Assembly: GCF_902652985.1 (NCBI RefSeq) | Contig: NC_047018.1 | Location: forward strand, 39,618,001 to 39,682,000 | DNA from: Pecten maximus | Lineage: Eukaryota | Length of the DNA stretch: 64,000 bases | Reading direction: 5' to 3' | Shown: one piece after another, positions 27,827-41,698 of the stretch | Position numbering within the stretch: the first letter of the stretch is position 1 | Layout: each line of letters begins with the position of its first letter | Program-made: the position numbers and the translations under genes | The notes under the pieces: generated by a model | What the model saw: only the letters and a program-made list of their open reading frames with translations | What the model was told of the DNA's origin: nothing | Database searches by the model: none

Positions 27827-30800
27827 GTAAATAAATAATAATTATTTATCGTGAATGTGCTTATCAGTGTTTTCCATTTATTTTACACATATTGAACTTA
27901 TACTTATTGTGTTTTATATGAAATTTTTAATTGTTTTAAAATACTTTGTAGCAGAAAAAAATTTCTATTTATCCCAGAATTTTATTAATGATTTTCCTTA
28001 TTGAATATTTTATTGTATTAAATTTTTTTTTTAATGTATAATCAGTGTGCAATTTCTTAGATTCTAATAGACTCGAGATTTGACTGTATTAAAATCTAAA
28101 TACATCTTCATTATGCACACTTTATAACTAAATGTGAAAAACATTAATTATGATAATAAATGTAAAGTTCAGGAAAATTGCCTAAAGGAGTTTTTTCACT
28201 TTCAAATATTTTTAAGTTGTTTTGAAAAAGTTTTTTACTGATTTAAGTTGCATTTATTTTTCAATTTAGACAAAATAATGAAAGTTTCTATTCTGGTTTT
28301 GTTTGCTTTTATTACTATTCACACCCAGGGGGGAAAAAATTGACAGTATTTTTATTTTTATTTTTACAAAAAAACTTTACAAACAACCGCTAACAAGATC
28401 AAGGTACATGTATATAAAACTTGATGGAGGCTGTAACAGAATAAAATATGCTGGGAAAATTAAATTATAATTAAGATTATTATCGTTTGTATATAAAATT
28501 AATTTATCAAACAGGTATTTTATTTCATTATAAAAAAATAACTTTTGTTACAATATTACGTCACAACAGCTTATTAATCTTATGATAAATACTGGCTTGT
28601 GTATTAAATTAACTATTGTACTTAGAAAATGATTCACGATAATCTTTATCCAGTATGAATATTGTTCTGTGATGAATATAGACTCTTCAGTTCAAAAGCA
28701 TGCTCATCTAAATCAATTGGTAATTGAGGGAGAACATTTTCGGTTATTATTTTTTATTTATTTTTTATTTTTCTATTTTTATTAGGAAAAATTCTTTTTT
28801 CTTCAATACAAGTGAATTTCATTCAGAAAACATGACACTACTGTTTGGTCAAGACCTATCATTTAAAAGCAAATATCAATTGTTAAGTTTATTTGATAAA
28901 TTTGCCTTTGGCTTTTTGATGTATCTTTGGTTTGAAGGTGTTTTATTGATAAACTGTGGAAACTTTTTTTTATATATCAAAGAGAACAAAAAAAAGCTGA
29001 AGCACTTAGCAATATTTATAATTGTTTAAAATAGAAAAAAGATCATCTGACATGGAAATGGCCAATAGTATTTTCCTCAGAAATTTGGATTTTTTCTTTC
29101 AATTTTTCTTCATTGAATTTTCACTTAAGTTTATTTGCTGAACTCTTGAATTTTTGGTAAGTGAGTTTTTTTTCTGAAATTATAATAAAAAGTGTTTTCC
29201 TTTTCAATTTGCAAAAGATAGATATTTACCAAAGTATTCCAAATTTGTATAACCTCATATGTTAAAAACTAAATTTTATAAGTTTGTGACAAAATATGCC
29301 AAAAATTTATATATTATATATATTATAAAGACTGATTTAGTAAGTCAATTTCACATTTGGTTGACAAATCATTGATGAGGAAGATCCACTACTGTTTCGT
29401 TAGGCCACCAAATATGTTTGGAAGCATTTGCAGTAAATGTCATAATTCTGATCTGCGATGAAAATGTTGTAATTATGAAATGAATTGGAACAGTATTTTG
29501 ATATGAAAATGATGCAATGTACATCTGTTTAGTAATGTACCTCAGTTACATATACGTATCTATCGTAATAGATATTGAAATAAATTACCCTATTGATTCA
29601 TGTATCAGACAGATTACGTAGATTTCATATTACACTTTATAAGGCCTTTATTGTAGATTGCAAAACATTGATTGGTCAGAAGTCTACATCTCAACAATAC
29701 AATCATACTACCCCTATTTAGGAGAGAAACTCCTCATTTTTTAAACCAAATTTTAGACCTCTATAAAATTTGTTAATTAAGATACAATTATTCCACCAGA
29801 AAGAACAACAAGAAATGTTCTTTTCTGAGGCTAGAAATTTTACCCCAAAAATATCCCATCACGGTTACTTATGAGAAAGTATGAGTAATTGCTTGAAATC
29901 AGTTCATTATAAAAATACATTTAGTAAAGTTGACTTTTTTGCTATAAGTAAAGTACTTGTGTTGAAATTATTGTGTTTTATGACTAGTTAGTCAATGTTT
30001 AATAATAAAAATAGAAAAAAAAAACATTTTTTTTAAATATCTTAATACTGCAGAAAATGAAAATCAGAACAAATCACTAATACAAATCTAAATCTACAAA
30101 AAATGTGAAGTTGAGGTTCTTGCATATCAAAATAAAATATTTCAAAAATCTTGCTTGTTACAGTATTATCTAAATAACCATAAAAAATCCTAAATTCTTT
30201 CTTTTTTTTCTTTCTTTTTTTTTGAGAAATTTCGCCTTTGTTAAATAAATATTTTTGAGAAATTGAAACATTAAGGAAAAGTATGCTGATGTAATGGTCT
30301 TTGTTTATCAAAACAATAGTTATCAGGGATGGAAATGATCTGAGACGAAAATTATCTCAAATAGGTTGTTCTTGTCGGGAGGTGAGATTAAACATACCAG
30401 CATCTGACTTTCTGATGAGGAAAAAACTGAAATCTTTCAGACTGAATTTTGAAATGTTGAAACAAAATGAGTATATGATATTTATAGAATGACTCACGCA
30501 AGTTGTATAGGGAATTTGGCTGCCAAGATATGAACCTCTCTCACAAGCATTCGTATGTACCACTCGGATCGACTAGTTTCTGGCAGAAGTTTTGTTTTCT
30601 TTTAGCATTTACAAGATTCTTTATACCGCCATGCCTTAGAATGAACTGATAAACCGTATTTATTCAAACGAACACCATCACACTAAACTAGCTCAATTAG
30701 TCGGTACAGGAAACGGAGAATGGCCTGGACCATTGGTACCTCGTGCTGGGCATTCGATAACGACTCATGTCGACTCATCTTAGCAGCAATCTCTCTGATT

Positions 30801-31470
30801 TCAAGGGCAGCATTTCACAGAGAAAACCAAAGTCGTGGCTATGTTGAAAGAAAAACAATAAAGCTGTGTTTTATCTATATATATACATAAGTATTACGAT
30901 GATATGCCTTATCTAGCAGTCGATCCAAACTGGTCAGTTTATCTAACAAATACAAACACGTTTTATGTCAACTGTCTGGATAATGGTGTTTTTCTCTGTA
31001 TCGGTGGAATTTTTGTGTCAGTAAGTCAAATTTTTAAGAAATTAATGCTTTTAAAGTACGTGTATATTATAATTTCATTTCACAAATTCTTTCTGTATTT
31101 GTCAGCAAGATTTCTACCTGATTTCACCTTAGGGTAGAGAGAGTCCCACCATTTTTGTGATTTACAGAGATATTGAAAAAATTATTATGAACAAAAAGAC
31201 TAATATAGGGCGCTGGGTTTTTTTAGGGAGCTGGAACATTTTGAAAGTATTTTTAATTAAGTTTGAACAAGACAATAACAAAATCAATTATGATTTCAAA
31301 CATATTTGATCAGCTTCCTGCTTTATATACTGTATATATGGTAATTTTTGTGAGAAATTAAATTTAGCTATCGTCACATGCCATATAAGATAACATTTAA
31401 TTAAAGACCCAGTAAATATCTATACCACAAAATAGAATATCCATGACAGTATATTCATATGCTTGTAATA

Positions 31471-32046
31471 CAGTCGAAATATATTTCATTGGTTAATTAG
31501 ATTACTTTCAAATTATTTATATATTTTTTTTTAATTCCTGAAATCTTGGTCCGGATTTCCGCTCCGATTATTATTTACGTTCCTGCATTTCTTACTTTAA
31601 AAACGGCGACTTTTTCACTGGCAAATATCTGTTTTAATGTCTCAAAAAAGATAACAAATCACGATTTAACAGTAAGTTAACTGTTTATGCATTCCTTCAT
31701 CGTTATATTTCGCATGCAAATTGATATATCGTATGTAAAACGTCTGAAAATCGTCAGAATTCCAGACGGTCACTTCGCCTCATCTCCCGTCCTTTTGCAC
31801 GAAAAGTCAAACTACTTGGGTGTTATTAAGGCGAAAATGGTTATGTAAGGTATTTTGGAGACTTCTGGTCGCTTATTGGAGAGTTATTTTTATCACGGGA
31901 ACGAAAAATTGTGGTCACTGGTCGCGTAAACAGAGGGTCGCTTAATAGAGTTAAAATATATAGCGAAAACGCTCGGGAGGAATTGAAATGGTCGCTTAGA
32001 ACAGAGGGTCGCTAAATAGAGATGGTCGTTTGGACAGATTCGACTG
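31471..32046. mobile_element. Non-autonomous pogo/Tigger-like DNA transposon, partly deleted at its left end
   Basis: TA|CAGTCGAA ... TTCGACTG|TA, with several subterminal GGTCGCTTAATAGAG-type repeats on the right side. Confidence 0.75.
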
Positions 32047-32359
32047 TATAAATATTCATTAATATATATTTACCTGCTTACTGAATGTTGCTTAGATGGA
32101 ATATTGCAAAATTTAATCGTTGCTAATCACCCTGGGCAACCTCAAAATATTCCCCAAGAAATTAAAAAAATTAATGTTTTGTGTATTAATTCATTGGTAT
32201 TGAAGTCTAATAAATATTCAACTTTATGATGAAACTACATGCTTTCTGTGCAGATGTTATTTATATTTGTCATGGATTTTGTAAATTGGCTTGAAATCTG
32301 TAACTGTACATGCAGGAGTCATTTGATGGAGAAAAATGTTTTTAAGCATGACATTCTTG

Positions 32360-32626
32360 AGATTACTTCCCTTTGTTAAGATTACTTCCCTTTGTTAAGA
32401 TTACTTCCCTTTGTTAAGATTACCTCCCTTTGTTAAGATTACTTCCCTTTGTTGTTAATTTAGTGTTGCAAAACAACTTTGCCTATTATTATCTCCTTTT
32501 GTTAAGAATTCTTCCCTTTGTTAAGATTACCTCCCTTTGTTAAGATTACCTCCCTTTGTTAAGATTACTTCCCTTTGTTGTCAATTTAGTGGTACAAAAA
32601 AACTTTACCTATTATTACCTCCCTTT
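32360..32626. repeat. 19-bp minisatellite (GATTACTTCCCTTTGTTAA) running into an exon acceptor
   Basis: Two blocks of copies. The last degenerate unit forms the pyrimidine tract before the 32637 exon. Confidence 0.88.
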
Positions 32627-32636
32627 ACGTCCACAG

Positions 32637-32821
32637 GTGCCCTGACCCTTGACCTGAACCGGTTCCCACGTGGTGCCAAGTCAGCGAAACTATGTTCACT
32701 GGACATGCTAAAGACCGATGGAAGTGTACCACAGATGTCACTCTTCAAACAGAAGAGGGTCAAGGGGTGGTGGCCATTTGCAGTCAAGAGTGACGGAGGA
32801 GAGGAAGAGTATGAACTCACA
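32637..32821 (+). CDS. OTOF: Otoferlin-like coding exon (end of final C2 domain)
   Basis: Acceptor ccacag| and donor |gtgagt. Translates (G)[61 protein letters not shown]. Confidence 0.96.
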
Positions 32822-33754
32822 GTGAGTCAATTTAGATTTCATTCTATGAAAATTAATAACATTAAGTTTGTTTTGTCCTTGTTTTGTTGCATGACCTTCC
32901 TAACTCCCCGCTGTTGTTTAACCTTGAGATGACCTTTAATGACCTTAGTTGTCAGTTTTCCAAGACAACCAATGAATTTCAAGCTACATGTAATTATTTG
33001 AATTGTTGTATGTTTATGAAAATGTAAATGTTAAATGTTTCTTGTAATTTTATAAAGTTCTGGAAAATATCCTTACTTGATTTTGTTAATTTTTTTAATT
33101 ACATCAATCAGTGCATATATCTTTGGTGTAATCCAGATTATTTCAACAAATTTTTTTTTTCCCAAATTCAGTTCCATTAACACTTGTTTACATGAAAATA
33201 TTTTATTAGAAATAATAAGAATAAATTGTCTTATAAAATGTGGTTTTGTAATTCACATGTCAATTTCTGCTTTAATTCTTGACTGAATTTTGAAGAAAAC
33301 AAAAGAAAAAAAATCCAGACTTATTAGGTTCAGACAATAAGCTGCTGATATTTCCATAACAGAAAGTAGTCTTACAGATGTGGTTAATTCAAAATTCTAT
33401 CAAAAAGGAATTCTATTTCTGTTCTAAAAAATATAAATGGTAGCTGCCGTAATGATAGAGAAAAGACAGTATTCATGAATTCTACATCACTGTTGCCATG
33501 ACAATTGAAAATTCATTTCAGAATGGATGGCAACTCCAAGTAAGTTGTTATGAACACAAACGGTTTATGATATGTTGATATTTCACACATGAAAATATTT
33601 TTTCTAGGTCAAGGTGATGGGGTCTCTTCTTTATGTGCACCTTGGTATATAATGTAGGTTAAGGTGACTGTCAATTTGTATTTGCACACCTTGGTATATG
33701 ATCTAGGTCAACATGAAAATATATTTTCTATCTGAGTATGTTACCTTGGTCAAG

Positions 33755-35530
33755 GTGACTTTCTCTTGTATCTGTTCACCTGGGTATCTTATCTAGGTCA
33801 AGGTGACAGTGTCTCTTGTATCTGTTTATCTAGGTATCTTATCTAGGTCAAGGTTACAGTCTCTTGTATCTGTACACCTGGGTATCTTATCTAGGTGACT
33901 TTCTCTTGTATCTGTTCACCTTGGTATCTTATCTAGGTCAAGGTGACAGTGTCTTTTGTATCTGTACATCTGGGAATCTTATCTAGGTCAAGATGACAGT
34001 GTCTCTTGTATCTGTACATCTGGGTATCTTATTTAGGTCAACGTGACAGTGTCTCTTGTATCTGTACATCTGGTATCTTATCTAGGTCAAGGTGACAGTG
34101 TCTCTTGTATCTGTTTACCTGGGTATCTTATCTAGGTCAAGATGACAGTGTCTCTTGTATCTGTACATCTGGGTATCGTATCTAGGTCAAGGTGACAGTG
34201 TCTCTTGAATCTGTTCACCTGGGTATCTTATCTTATCTTATCTAGGTCAAGGTGGCAGTATCTCTTCTATCTGTACACCTCAATGTATGATCAAGTCAAA
34301 GTGACTGTCTGTGGTATCTGTACATCTAGGTCAAGGTGACTTTCCCTTGTTTCTGTACATCTGGATATCTTATCTGGGTCTAGATGACAGTGTCTCTTGT
34401 ATCTGTACATCTGGGTATCTTATTTAGGTCAAGGTGACAGTGTCTCTTGTATCTGTACACCTTGGTATCTTATCTAGGTCAGGGTGACTTTCCCTTGTAT
34501 CTGTTCACCTGGGTATCTTATCTAGGTCAAGGTGACTTTCTCTTGTATCTATACACCTTGGTATCATATCTAGGTCAAGATGACAGGGTCTCTTGTATCT
34601 GTACACCTGGGTATCTTATCTAGGTCAAGATGACAGGGTCTCTTGTATCTGTACATCTGGGTATCTTATCTAGATCAAGGTGACTTTCTCTTGTATCTGT
34701 TCACCTGGGTATCTTATCTAGGTCAAGGTGACTTTCTCTTGTTTCTGTACATCTGGATATCTTATCTGGGTCTAGATGACAGTGTCTCTTGTATCTGTAC
34801 ATCTGGGTATCTTATTTAGGTCAAGGTGACAGTGTCTCTTGTATCTGTACACCTTGATATCTTATCTAGGTCAAGGTGACTTTCTCTTGTATCTGTTCAC
34901 CTGGGTATCTTATCTAGGTCAAGGTGACTTTCTCTTGTTTCTGTACATCTGGATATCTTATCTGGGTCTAGATGACAGTGTCTCTTGTATCTGTACATCT
35001 GGGTATCTTATTTAGGTCAAGGTGACAGTGTCTCTTGTATCTGTACACCTTGGTATCTTATCTAGGTCAAGGTGACTTTCTCTTGTATCTGTTCACCTGG
35101 GTATCTTATCTAGGTCAAGGTGACTTTCTCTTGTATCTATACACCTTGGTATCATATCTAGGTCAAGATGACAGGGTCTCTTGTATCTGTACACCTGGGT
35201 ATCTTATCTGGGTCTAGGTGACAGTGTCTCTTGTACATGTATCTGTACACCTGGGTATCTTATCTAGGTCAAGATGACAGGGTCTCTTGTATCTGTACAC
35301 CCGAGTATCTTATCTAGGTCAAGGTGAGTTTCTCTTGTATCTGTACACCTGGATATCTTATCTAGGTCAAGGTGGCAGTGTCTCTTGTATCTGTTCACCT
35401 GGGTATTTTATCTAGGTCAAGGTGACAGTGTCTCTTGTATCTGTACACCTGGTTATCTTATCTAGGTCAAGGTGACTGGGTCTTGTACATGTATCTAAAT
35501 ATCTCGGTATATTATCTGGGTCAAGGTGAC
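33755..35530. repeat. 48-50 bp minisatellite (TATCTAGGTCAAGGTGACAGTGTCTCTTGTATCTGTACACCTGGGTATCT)
   Basis: About 35 copies in two length variants, with signs of higher-order duplication. Confidence 0.96.
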
Positions 35531-36298
35531 TGGGATCATTGCATATACATTGTAGCTTGCTTAGCATCTCATTATTGCCTCAATACACAACCCTGATCTG
35601 CTTCATCTAATTTCTACTTATACCATCAGAAGTGTCGAGTAGATCGCTGCATATCCGAACACCAGCTACTCAGACATCTTAAACCGACTCCCGCCATTTC
35701 ACCCACATAACAAGTTTTCCTGTTGTTATTCACTTAGAAAACAGAACATCTACATAAGAGAACAAAATATTAGGCCCCCAAACAAATCGGATATGCAGCG
35801 TTCCTCTGAACTTTGCATGTAAAAAAAAAAAACAATGAACAAAGGGAAATTGCTATGGTTTATCTATCTTTTCTGATACTATATACATAAAAAATTTACA
35901 TTTTTTTACAGGTTTGTCACAAATAGCAAGCAATCTAATTTTGCTTGTTTTCTCTCTGAAAATTAACAATGGGTGTTGACTGCATGACATATACATTTTT
36001 TTTTTTTTTTCATCGTGGAGTGGTTCTGGAGATGATGAAAATATGTTTCTTGATAGTATTTTGAAAACATTTGTTGTATATTTATTTCATAATATGAAAC
36101 AGTAGATGTATTACCAAGCATACATTATGTTAAATGTACCAGCTAGGGTGCCATCTAAGAATGTGTATATATATGTTTTAGATTATCACCTTAATTGAAA
36201 TGTATAACTCAATAAGAACTGGCAAAGGGTTGGACCCACACTGTTGAGTTAATGGCACAGTGATAGTAAAAGTTGTTATAGAAATGAACCTCACTAGC

Positions 36299-36317
36299 CC
36301 GCCACTAGGTGGCGCTA
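36299..36317 (+). promoter_or_regulatory. Candidate CTCF binding site
   Basis: CCGCCACTAGGTGGCGCTA closely matches the CTCF core consensus (nnGCCAsyAGrkGGCrsyn). Motif match only. Confidence 0.55.
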
Positions 36318-38402
36318 TGACTTTGACAGTCTGACAGAGACTTAATAGTATTAGCACCACTGTCTAAAGAATTAGTATTACGCCTAATATCTCTGATCAG
36401 ACTAATAAATTCACTCATTCGACGCATATTACCCTCTAATGATCAGAAATAAAATTGTTGTCTTCTTCATTACTACAAAAAGAACTTGTATAATTGTGAC
36501 GCGTGCCACTGAGCTTATCAAAGACTTGTCCCGTCTGCCCCGGGAATGTCGGACAAAGACAATGACAGAAAAACATGGCCATTGTACTCTGTTTACCCCA
36601 CCTCGGTCTCCTCCCAACACTTAAATGTGTTCTTAATATAATGTTTGAAGAAGTTCTACATTAACGCTAAACATGGGGCATATCGACCTCATCATAAGAA
36701 AAATGTTTAAAAAGTAACTACGAAAATTTCAGAATGTAAATCCTTCTGCAAAATTTATGCAGTTTCACACCCTTGTGAAAGCCTATATTTTTCTATATTT
36801 AGTATGAAAATATAATACATTATTTTGGTTTTATGTCATTGCAAATTCTAAGTCAATGAAATACTTTTATTAGTTGATTTGTGAAAGACCTGATGAAGAA
36901 TTACATACACTGTCTATACACTGCAGTGATATAACTCCATTTCTGTTATCCAATATCTGAAATGTCCATTTCAGAATTATGCAATATTTCTTTCGGAACC
37001 AAGGACCATTAACAGTTGTATGACACCATACTGGTGTGTGATGTCACAACGTAATCCGTTTCCTAATTCGAGTGTCAGGTTAACGATGTAATTATGGTAA
37101 ATTAGCTAACAGGTAGAAGATTGAATGTGTCAAAAAGCTGTAGCAGTGATCAAATGTCTAGTCCTCAAAATCAAATCTAGCGTGGAAGGGTGTTTTGAAG
37201 GGTCGCAAAGTAAAATACCTTTATATTAGTTTAATCAAATAAGTCACATAAATTATTAGTATATATTCAGTTATCTGCTGAAAACAGCTTTCTCATCGTT
37301 TCATATGAATAGGTTTGAAATGTCAAAAAAGAATATAAATTAATATTTATTTCATAACTTGGGAATATTTTTTTTAATTTGTTTTAACAAAACGATGAAA
37401 AGATTAATGTAAGTTTATTCATACCATGTACACCAATCATGGAGGTATCTGCTAAATGGAATATTTTGTTCATCATTTGACCTTTTATCGCTAGCGTGAT
37501 AGGTACATAAATACATAGGTAAGCTGACCTTGAGAAGCGACAAAGGTCACCTAACATTGTGAGGTCTTTAGTACAGCCCCACCCCTAAGCTACAGACATA
37601 TTAAATACTGCCTAAAGAACTCTTTACAGCAAGTCCAAGTGGTATAATGATTTTTGGGGGACTAATGATGTTTTCTAGTCCTTCCATGTCCTAGTAGCTT
37701 TGACAAGCTGCAGTATCAGGTTGACTGTAGCCGACTGTCCAAACTAGATAGGTTTTCTTCCAATTTGTTGTGTTACCATCAAAGGCCGCTCCGATACTCT
37801 CAATTTAAGTGTTTCTTACAACTGCTAATGAATTGACAGTCATATCTGCCCTGATGAGAAATCTTCAAATGTCATTGTGTAGTAAATTTTGGACATTATT
37901 AGTACAGTTTTATCAAGGGTGTTGGTGCTGTTTTATAGAAGACAAGACATATTACAATTGGCAATCGTACAAACACCAGTGTGGCAGGTACACAGCCAGA
38001 CGACCATCACTGTTGTCGTAGAAACCATCGCCAAGTCAATATGATTAGTGTGTTTTTGTCATAACCTCCGACTAATTGCGTAGAATAAAGGCTGCCTCAA
38101 TCAAAAAATCATCTCCCGAAATTAAACGACACAAGACGATATTTACACCAAAGACTTGCTTCTTGGGTCCAATCCAAACATATGAGGACAAACTGCTTTG
38201 GAGGTGGCACTGTAAGAGATAGTGGGGGTTACCATTTATAAATGGTATGTTTGTATAAATTATGTTGTTATAACTGTCATGGCTGTGATCCATTATAAGA
38301 CTGTCTTTGTTTATTATCATCATTGGGGACCTTCATATCTCCCTCCATCTTTAATTCTCATACACAATCAGGTATTTGTCATCTTAATTACCAACACCAA
38401 GT

Positions 38403-40633
38403 AAGACACCTGGACTTTGTGGGTACTGGAGACATCAGACACCTGGTTGTGTGTTAGTACTGGAGACATCAGACACCTGGTTGTGTGTTAGTACTGGAGA
38501 CATCAGACACCTGGTTGTGTGTTAGTACTGGAGACATCAGACACCCGGTTGTGTGTAAGTACTGGAGACATCAGACACCCGGTTGTGTGTAAGTACTGGA
38601 GACATCAGACACCCGGTTGTGTGTGAGTACTGGAGACATCAGACATCTGGTTGTTTGTTAGTACTGGAGACATCAGACACCTGGTTGTGTGTGAGTACTG
38701 GAGACATCAGACACCTGGTTGTGTGCGAGTACTGGAGACATCAGACACCTGGTTTTGTGTTAGTACTGGAGACATCAGACACCTGGTTGTGTGTGAGTAC
38801 TGGAGACATCAGACACCTGGTTGTGTGTGAGTACTGGAGACATCAGACACCTGGTTGTGTGTGAGTACTGGAGACATCAGACACCTGGTTGTGTGTGAGT
38901 ACTGGAGACATCAGACACCTGGTTGTGTGTGAGTACTGGAGACATCAGACACCTGGTTGTGTGTTAGTACTGGAGACATCAGACACCTGGTTGTGTGTTA
39001 GTACTGGAGACATCAGACACCTGGTTGTATGTGAGTACTGGAGACATCAGACACCTGGTTGTTAGTGAGTACTGGAGACATCAGACACCTGGTTGTGTGT
39101 GAGTACTGGATACATCACACACCTGGTTGTTTGTTAGTACTGGAGACATCAGACACCTGGTTGTATGTGAGTACTGGAGACATCAGACACCTGGTTGTGT
39201 GTGAGTACTGGAGACATCAGACACCTGGTTGTGTGTGAGTACTGGAGACATCAGACACCTGGTTGTGTGTGAGTACTGGAGACATCAGACACCTGGTTGT
39301 GTGTTAGTACTGGAGACATCAGACACCTGGTTGTGTGTTAGTACTGGAGACATCAGACACCTGGTTGTATGTGAGTACTGGAGACATCAGACACCTGGTT
39401 GTTAGTTAGTACTGGAGACATCAGACACCTGGTTGTGTGTGAGTACTGGATACATCACACACCTGGTTGTGTGTGAGTACTGGAGACATCAGACACATGG
39501 TTGTGTGTGAGTACTGGAGACATCAGACACCTGGCTGTGTGTGTGAGTACTGGAGACATCAGACACCTGGTTGTGTGTTAGTACTGGAGACATCAGACAC
39601 CTGGTTGTATGTGAGTACTGGAGACATCAGACACCTGGTTGTGTGAGTACTGGAGACATCAGTCATCTGGTTGTGTGTTTGTACTGGAGACACCTGGTTG
39701 TGTGTTAGTACTGGAGACATCAGACACCTGGTTGTGTGTGAGTACTGGAGACATCACACACCTGGTTGTTTGTTAGTACTGGAGACATCACACACCTGGT
39801 TGTGTTTGTGAGTACTGGAGACATCAGTCATTTGGTTGTGTGTTAGTACTGGAGACATCAGACACCTGGCTGTGTGCGAGTACTGGAGACACCCGGTTGT
39901 ATGTTAGTACTGGAGACACCTGGTTGTGTGTTAGTACTGGAGACACCTGGTTGTGTGTTTGTACTGGAGACATCAGACACCTAGTTGTGTGCGAGTACTG
40001 GAGACACCCGGTTGTGTGTGAGTACTGGAGACATCACACACCTGGTTGTTTGTTAGTACTGGAGACATCAGACACCTGGTTGTATGTGAGTACTGGAGAC
40101 ATCAGACATCTGGTTGTGTGTGAGTACTGGAGACATCAGACACCTGGTTGTGTGTTAGTACTGGAGACATCAGACACCTGGTTGTGTGTGAGTACTGGAG
40201 ACATCAGACACCTGGCTGTGTGTGTCAGTACTGGAGACATCAGACACCTGGCTGTGTGTGTCAGTACTGGAGACATCAGACACCTGGCTGTGTGTGTCAG
40301 TACTGGAGACATCAGACACCTGGCTGTGTGTGTCAGTACTGGAGACATCAGACACCTGGTTGTGTGTGTGAGTACTGGAGACATCAGACACCTGGTTGTG
40401 TGTGTGAGTACTGGAGACATCAGACACCTGGTTGTGTGTTAGTACTGGAGACATCAGACACCTGGTTGTGTGTGAGTACTGGAGACATCAGACACCTGGT
40501 TGTGTGTGAGTACTGGAGACATCAGACACCTGGTTGTGTGTTAGTACTGGAGACATCAGACACCTGGTTGTGTGTGTGAGTACTGGAGACATCAGACACC
40601 TGGTTGTGCGAGTACTGGAGACATCAGACACCT
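38403..40633. repeat. 34-bp minisatellite (AGTACTGGAGACATCAGACACCTGGTTGTGTGTG)
   Basis: About 65 highly similar tandem copies. Confidence 0.98.
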
Positions 40634-40946
40634 ATAGTTACACAACTAGGATTATCCCTGTGCCGGTTGGCTTGCTTTGTCACAGCTAATTATTGGAGTC
40701 AGCTGTTCTACCTGTACTGGTGATTAGATGCCATTATTTGATTCGTTGTCATCTCCTCTATAGTTATCTTCTACTGTAGCACAAGACTAACCACTCTTTA
40801 CTCTTGGTGAGGGGTCTTGTGTGCTGATTACGTTGATACTTTAGAGGCAATGCATCATGTATCAAAAGTCGGTCACTTTAATAATATAAGTCAAAGGTGA
40901 AAATGTAGGTCAAAGAAAAAAGTATGTCAACCTGATTAAACTAATA

Positions 40947-41580
40947 TGTACTGTATCGTCACCCGTTTACATCACGATGTACTGTATTGACACCTGTTTA
41001 CATTATGATGTACTGTATCGTCACCCGTTTACATTATGATGTTCTGTATCGTCATCTGTTTACATTATGATGTACTGTATTGTCACCTGTTTACATTATG
41101 ATGTACTGTATCGTCACCTGTTTACATTATGATGTACTGTATAGTCACCTGTTTACATTATGATGTACTGTATAGTCACCTGTCTACATTATGATGTACT
41201 GTATCGTCACCTGTTTACATTATGATGTACTGTATAGTCACCTGTCTACATTATGATGTACTGAATCGTCACCTGTTTACATTATGATGTACTGTATAGT
41301 CACCTGTCTACATTATGATGTACTGTATCGTCACCCGTTTACATTATGATGTACTGTAGTCACCTGTCTACATTATGATGTACTGTATCGTCACCTGTTT
41401 ACATTATGATGTACTGTATCGTCACCTGTTTACATAATGATGTACTGTATAGTCACCTGTTTACATTATGATGTATTGTATAGTCACCTGTCTACATTAT
41501 GATGTACTGTATCAACACCTGTTTACATTATGATGTACTGTATCGTCACCCGTTTACATTATGATGTACTGTATCAACAT
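40947..41580. repeat. 31-bp minisatellite (ATGTACTGTATCGTCACCTGTTTACATTATG) ending about 18 nt before an exon
   Basis: About 20 tandem copies. Confidence 0.96.
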
Positions 41581-41598
41581 GTTATCATTCTTCCCCAG

Positions 41599-41698
41599 GG
41601 TAAGGTAGAGGCAGAATTACACCTACTGTCCATGGAAGAAGCAGAGAAACACCCTGCAGGCCTGGGTAGAAATGAACCTGACCCACTGGAAAACCAAA
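41599..41698 (+). CDS. OTOF: Otoferlin-like penultimate coding exon (Ferlin C-terminal region), apparently missing one A near its 3' end
   Basis: Acceptor ttccccag| and donor |gtaagc. Translates [31 protein letters not shown]. It is 100 nt long and ends in phase 1, whereas both downstream exons need phase 2. Adding one A at 41690-41693 restores EKPN. Confidence 0.93.

Noticed and set aside
30490-30570. Minus-strand tRNA/SINE-like head
   Set aside because: A- and B-box matches are too degenerate to support a call.
38403-40633. CRISPR-like 34-bp periodicity and associated ORFs
   Set aside because: Head-to-tail repeats without unique spacers, no cas genes, and a eukaryotic intron context.
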